From assembly GCF_003231495.1 (NCBI RefSeq), contig NZ_PQWO01000009.1:120001-152000 (forward strand): a stretch of 32,000 nucleotides of DNA, read 5' to 3'. A program made the position numbers and the translations under genes. Below the pieces are notes generated by a model. The model was given only the letters and a program-made list of their open reading frames with translations, searched no databases and was not told the origin of the DNA. The stretch comes from Acaryochloris thomasi RCC1774 (GTDB taxonomy: Bacteria > Cyanobacteriota > Cyanobacteriia > Thermosynechococcales > Thermosynechococcaceae). Positions 27,401-30,600 of the stretch are shown here, one piece after another (position 1 is the stretch's first letter; each line of letters opens with the position of its first letter).

Positions 27401-27652
27401 AGGGACTTCTGTAATCGGGTCACGGCCCGACTGGAGTAATTGCCAATAAGCCTCTGGATCGTTGACGCCACCAGGAAATCGACAGCCCATGCCGACAATC
27501 GCGATTGATTCAGGCTGCTTTAGAGTCTCTAATTCCTCATGCAGCTCGTAGGCTAAAAGCGCAAGCCGTTTGGGAGAGAGGGTTTTAATGTGGTTGAGAA
27601 AATCACTCACTGGGGTCTTGCCTTGCAAATTTTTCGTCAAACAGCCGATCAA
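21485..27652 (-). CDS. Hybrid PKS/NRPS, KS(QGTGT variant)-AT remnant-ACP-Cy-A(Cys)-T
   Basis: 2055-aa ORF. KS: IAIVGMGCRFPGG, DAACSSS, NIGHTETASG. Degenerate AT. ACP: LSSLAADSIMT. Cy: FPLNDIQTAYWIGR, DNLLVDGAS. A: LAYVIYTSGSTGTPKG, SGDWIP, SLGGATEASIW; code by eye DLYNLSLIWK (Cys). T: FFELGGDSLLATQL. An alternative GTG start at 27610-27608 would reduce the overlap with the upstream PKS from 50 to 8 nt. Confidence 0.95.
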   Translation of the reverse strand: MIGCLTKNLQGKTPVSDFLNHIKTLSPKRLALLAYELHEELETLKQPESIAIVGMGCRFPGGVNDPEAYWQLLQSGRDPITEVPQQRWDVDAYFDADPSVPGKTYTRHGGFLDQVDQFDPDFFGISPREATAMDPQQRLLLEVSWEALERAGYAPQQLKGSRTGVYVAIGTSDYANLQAKTPEGIDAYTGTGSGFCFAAGRLSYVLGLQGPNMALDAACSSSLMAVHLGCQSLRNEECDLVLAGGVNLLLSPESNIVFSATRMMATDGHCKTFDAAADGYVRSEGCAVVALKRFKDAQADGDNILAVIKGTACNHGGASGGLTIPNGAAQQTVVRAALAQANVAASAIQYVEAQGTGTPLGDAIEVRALSQVFKEGRSQQDPLHIASVKTNIGHTETASGMASLLKVVLSMQHQQLPPHLNLKTLNPEIDLGEIPAKIPTELTPWPQHSGPQLAGINSFGMSGTNAHAVLESAPTVTVQSETRPLYLLPLSAKTPGALVELIHRYLQFLQAHPETDLGHLCFTAGVGRSHFLHRCTFVVNSIPQLQQALEEYLETNNTAQYSNDVYKSLEENQSTLHCPPSSPILGGKQTNVSDSPTKVGGPGGPAQALQGSSETSLYTVDSSSIQQTTPDLIFFFPSEQKQSLTWGQQLYETYPVFRATIDQANQILSELKADLIDFKSTSDPDILNFVLPYALAELWQSWGFQPSGLMGSTIAACQAGYFTLEQALHWLIKATPIEQLQPATGILYSDSTDTPVDTATLLDWLRSGDRQTIAPPQGPEQFLIMGNLPQSWGTCDHWTIAAQPDNILLSLRKLYQQGFTVDWDSFYRGFKHQRIPLPTYPFQRQRYWSYLATSGARVSPTPSAKVTETAISRESFASLNPEQRQAELERDLKTRFARAIGINPKQITATTPLSSLAADSIMTTEIKFDLEKQFGYSVPLVQFLTSPTIADLATQILANLDGMVETLPNIELNPTQRHQPFPLNDIQTAYWIGRSGAFEMGNIAAHVYAEFEGQELDCHRLQQAFQQVIDRHPVLRTVILPDGQQQVLADLPPYEMSVLDWRSLSSDLKQQQLEQLRDRLSHQMLDPHAWPLFEVCLARLDEQTVHVFLSIDNLLVDGASLGIICREWGHFYTSLDNDLPTLKLSFRDYVLALQSFEPSERYLQSKNYWQARLQDLPSAPELPLAVAPAQITRPRFVRRTARLSADQWQLLKEQATQLGLTPSGALLAAYTEILAIWSKSRRFCVNLTTFNRLPIHPQVQSLVGDFTSLTLLAVDYREVGTFEVRSQQLQNQLWQDLEHSLVSGVSVLREMMAQTQEQVAMPVVFTSLLANPQLQNSSTFNTDWLGKLVHSIAQTPQVWLDHQVYEEDDELVYNWDVVEGLFPDGMVDAMFSAYGQLLEKLALHSQTWQETQPLPITHVQPQSTQAPLTTALLQDGLVSQAQHQPQHLAVITPTLRLTYGELCQRAQQVGQRLRRLGVQANELVAISMEKGWEQVVAVYGILMAGAAYVPIDPALPMERRDHLLDQGNIKWVLSQNHLQSGMAWPVQIQIIAVDSEALRQEYDAPLTPLQKPTDLAYVIYTSGSTGTPKGVMIDHQGAMNTIEDINHRFEITPQDRILALSSLSFDLSVYDIFGTIAAGGTLIIPAARDVKDAAVWVRLIEKHQVTIWNTVPALMQMLITREPESLQSLRLILMSGDWIPLALPEKIRAVCPESQIISLGGATEASIWSILYPINEIDPSWRSIPYGRAMRNQQFYVLNEHLNPCPVWVPGHLYIGGSGLAQGYWGEPEKTAASFIAHPISGECLYRTGDLGCYRPDGEIEFLGREDQQVKLRGYRIELGEIETALEQHPDVSAAAALVIGASPQKLVACIVLKELPSDQEPGGQDGAGDPSSSGQASVLTQFLAQKLPDYMVPEGFLCLDALPLNANGKVDRRHLQTLWVESPLASSVGYVAPRNALETAVADLWANLLQQDKVGVLDNFFELGGDSLLATQLMARVRQTFQVEVPLRLLFQDPTVATIATAIAEGLAAQVNEELLAELADIAEPETIAPGSQS
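23408..24721 (-). other. Heterocyclization (Cy) domain
   Basis: FPLNDIQTAYWIGR at the N-terminus. DNLLVDGAS (24293-24319) matches the DxxxxDxxS motif that replaces HHxxxDG in Cy domains. Confidence 0.85.
25109..25765 (-). other. Degenerate, internally deleted acyltransferase remnant plus post-AT linker
   Basis: FFFPSEQ stands in for the GQGSQ start. LWQSWGFQPSGLMGSTIAACQAG stands in for the GHSxGE active site, which is shortened and lacks His. Only about 95 aa follow before the post-AT linker LYQQGFTVDWDSFY...LPTYPFQRQRYW, and no HAFH/YASH region is visible. Confidence 0.75.
25833..25927 (+). repeat. G6/C6 palindromic MITE-like element, complete short copy, partly decayed (copy D), in frame in the KS-AT linker
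   Basis: Sequence: tgcgctggcccccccggccccccaaccttagtgggagag + core + tttccccccagaattggggagctaggggggcaatgcag. Host translation is HCPPSSPILGGKQTNVSDSPTKVGGPGGPAQAL. Confidence 0.75.
26228..27511 (-). other. Ketosynthase domain with Cys-Gln-His instead of Cys-His-His
   Basis: The active-site Cys codon is at 26996-26998 (DAACSSS). The expected EAHGTGT reads EAQGTGT, with the Gln codon CAA at 26591-26593 (plus-strand ttg). The second His is retained in NIGHTETASG. Confidence 0.85.
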
Positions 27653-30600
27653 CGTCGTCGTCTGAGAGCTGTGAAATCTTGTCTAAGGTCGTCTCCGCAA
27701 CGGGGGCGGTTGCCGGAACTGACGGTGCTTCCCAGCCCAGCGTCGATTTGGCGAGATAGGTCGCCAAAGCATTGACGGTGGGATGCTCAAAGGCGGCCAC
27801 GGCGGGAATCGTTTCGCCCAGGCTGGTTTCTAGGTGATTTTTGACTTCTAGGGCCATGAGCGAATCCATGCCGCTTTCAAACAGTCCGCGATCAGGATCG
27901 ATGGCACTCGGAGACGAAATCCCCATCACCTGAGCCACAATTGCCTGGACATGGTTTTTGAGAGCCTGTAGTCGAGCTGCGGGGGGCAAGGCTTCCCAGT
28001 CTTGAAGTAGAGCTGGAGGGGGTTGGGAGTCTGAAGCTGAAGCTTGATTAGCAACATCAGCAAGCAGGGGTTGTGATTTAGCAGTAGGGAATAGATCAAA
28101 AAACTCTGACCAAGGCACGGGTAAGAATGCAATCTGTCCCTGCTCGTGCATGAGTTGCCCTAATGCCTGAAGTCCCTGCTCTGGTGTCAGAGTCCAGGAT
28201 TCGGGAAGGAGACGTTGTCCGGCTTTGATGGAACGCGATCGCAACCCAATCTCAGACCAATCTCCCCAGTCAATACTGAGGGCTGGTAAACCCAATGACC
28301 GTCGATGATGAGCAAGGCTATCTAAATAAGAATTCGCCATGCTGTAGCCGCTGAGCTGTTGCCCGACGGAACCCAGTAAACCTGCCCAAGAGGAAAACAG
28401 AACAAAGTAATCGAGGGATTGTTCTGCAAAATACTGATGGAGATTCCAGGCTCCTGCAGCTTTGGGACTCAGGATCTTGTCTAGCTGTTCTAAATCAACC
28501 TGCTCTATTGGAGCAAGCTGGGGTGGCTCCATTGCTAAGTGAAAAACGCCCTGAATAGGTGGCACATCGACGGACTCGATCTCTTGGGCTAGCTGCTCGG
28601 GGTCCGCGACATCTGCTGTGGCGAGATGAACCTGGGTTCCTTGGGCTTCAATGGCCTGAATCGCTTGAATCTTCTGGAAAGCTGTATCTTTGCTAGGGAG
28701 AGACAGCCATTGATGACGAGGTGGTAGAGACGTGCGACCTAATAGGATCAGATGCTTAGCACCTTGTTCTGATAGCCAGGTCGCGACCCGTAGACCTAAA
28801 TCGCCGAGACCGCCTGTGATTAGGTAGCTGGTAGCTTTGATCTGGGCTGAGTTCTGGGCTAGAGCCGCTCGGTACGGGGTGAGGTGAGGTGAAAAACTTT
28901 GGTTCTGGCGAAATGCGATTTTTCCATGCTGCATTGTCCTTCCAGGTTTGGAAGGAGAGACCCGAGAGTCCATCTGCTTTCCCCCCAGAATTGGGGGGCT
29001 AGGGGGGCCAGTGAAATCCTGCCGGGAAGTGTCCCGATCTAGATAGGCATCATTCGTTCTGCTTTGTGTGTTCTCTATTTCTAAGTTCTGCCCAGGAAGC
29101 ACTTCGCTCTGCGTTGGCCCCCCCGGCCCTCCAATTCTGGGGGGAGAGTGCCTGGAGTTGGTTGGTTTTTTCCTAAGATGGGGCTGAATACTTTGCAGCA
29201 GATCGGCTGCCGCTTGAGAGACGGACGCTGCTGGATCTAAATCAATGAGACCGCCGTACCGCTGGGGTTGCTCGACCGCCAACACTTGGCCTAAGCCCCA
29301 CAGCATTGATTGCGTGGCGTTGGTTTGACTCTCCGCAACTGACTGACTGCCCTGCGTCACTAGCCAGAGTGGAGTCTCAACATTGGCAGCTTCCATCGCC
29401 TGAATTAACGCTACAGGTGTGGCTGTATTCCAGGACGTTTCCAGGGGTGACTGATTCAGATCGTTCAATCCCCATAGGTAAACCACCCCTCGATAATCAT
29501 CAGAGGTCGATGAAGTAAACAGAGACTGAAATGAGGTCAGATCCGCTGAGTCTGTTTCAATGATTTGGCATATTTCCCCTCGAGATTGAAGCAATTCCGC
29601 AAAGGCTTTTCCGATACCAGCGAGATCGCAAAAAACAAGCCAAGTTCCGGGCTGTTGGCTGCGTTGACTAGAAGCCACTAGCACCGCTTGCTGAGATAGA
29701 CCGTCACGATTGGCTGCGATGATCTCAGCATCAAACTGGTTAGCCTGGAGCAGTTGCTGCCATTGTGCTGAACTAATTAGCGGATAGCTGGGTCTCAAAT
29801 CAGTATCGGTAAACGACCACCATCCCGGCGTCAGACCAAAAATCAGATCGAGCCAAGCCTGGGGTTCCATTCCCTCTAGCGCAATCAAGAGACCACCCGG
29901 TTCTAAGAGTTGGTGGATATGCTCCACAGTTTGCTGGAGATCGGCGGTGGCATGAAGGACGTTGGCAGCCAAAATGATGTCAAACGACTGAGACTCAAAT
30001 CCTTGTTCACTGGGTGCCTTTTCAATATCCAGCAGCCGATAGTCTATGAACGGATAGTCAGCAAACTTCTCTTCTGCCTTGGCGGTGAATAAAAAGGAGA
30101 CATCGGTGAAGGTATATTCAGTCCTGTAGCCGGGAAGCTGGGGCAAAACGTAGGCTGTTGTCCCGCCGGTACCTGCCCCAATTTCTAGAATTCGAATGGT
30201 GCGATCTGTAGGGAGATCTTGGATGGCGGTTGCGATCGCATCGACAACCCACTGATTCGCCACCTGAGCCGCCGGAGAATCTTGATACAGCGCCTCAACA
30301 TCGGCAACCGATCCGTCAGGGAACAATAGATTGAGCGGATCTTGGCCCTGCAAAACCGACGCTAATCCCTGTCCACATCGCCCCAACAAACTGATCTCAG
30401 CCTGACAAGCCGGATAATGAGTTTGAAGACCTTGAAGACGCTGGGCTGGCGCTTCAAGGGTGGGCACCTTCTTGATCTGCCATTGGTTTGCCCCTTGAGC
30501 AATGAGAATATCTTGCTCCGTCAAAACCTCAATCAGGCGATGCAGGAGCCGGTGATGCTGGGGCTGGATCTGCTGCCGTAGGGCAGCAAAAGGAAACGGC

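Noticed and set aside
9075-29198. The G/C-run repeats as a CRISPR array, as transcription terminators, or as introns or inteins
   Set aside because: Not CRISPR: the copies are kilobases apart, occur as inverted arm pairs in both orientations, and lie inside ORFs. Not terminators: no U-tract follows the hairpins, and they are internal to genes that continue in frame with conserved motifs. Not group I/II introns or inteins: they are far too short (45-150 bp), lack the conserved splicing motifs, and the reading frame runs straight through them.
9075-29198. Element insertions as gene-disrupting events (megasynthase pseudogenes)
   Set aside because: No insertion introduces a stop or frameshift. 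Catalytic motifs and specificity codes on both sides of every insert are intact, so pseudogenisation is not supported by sequence.
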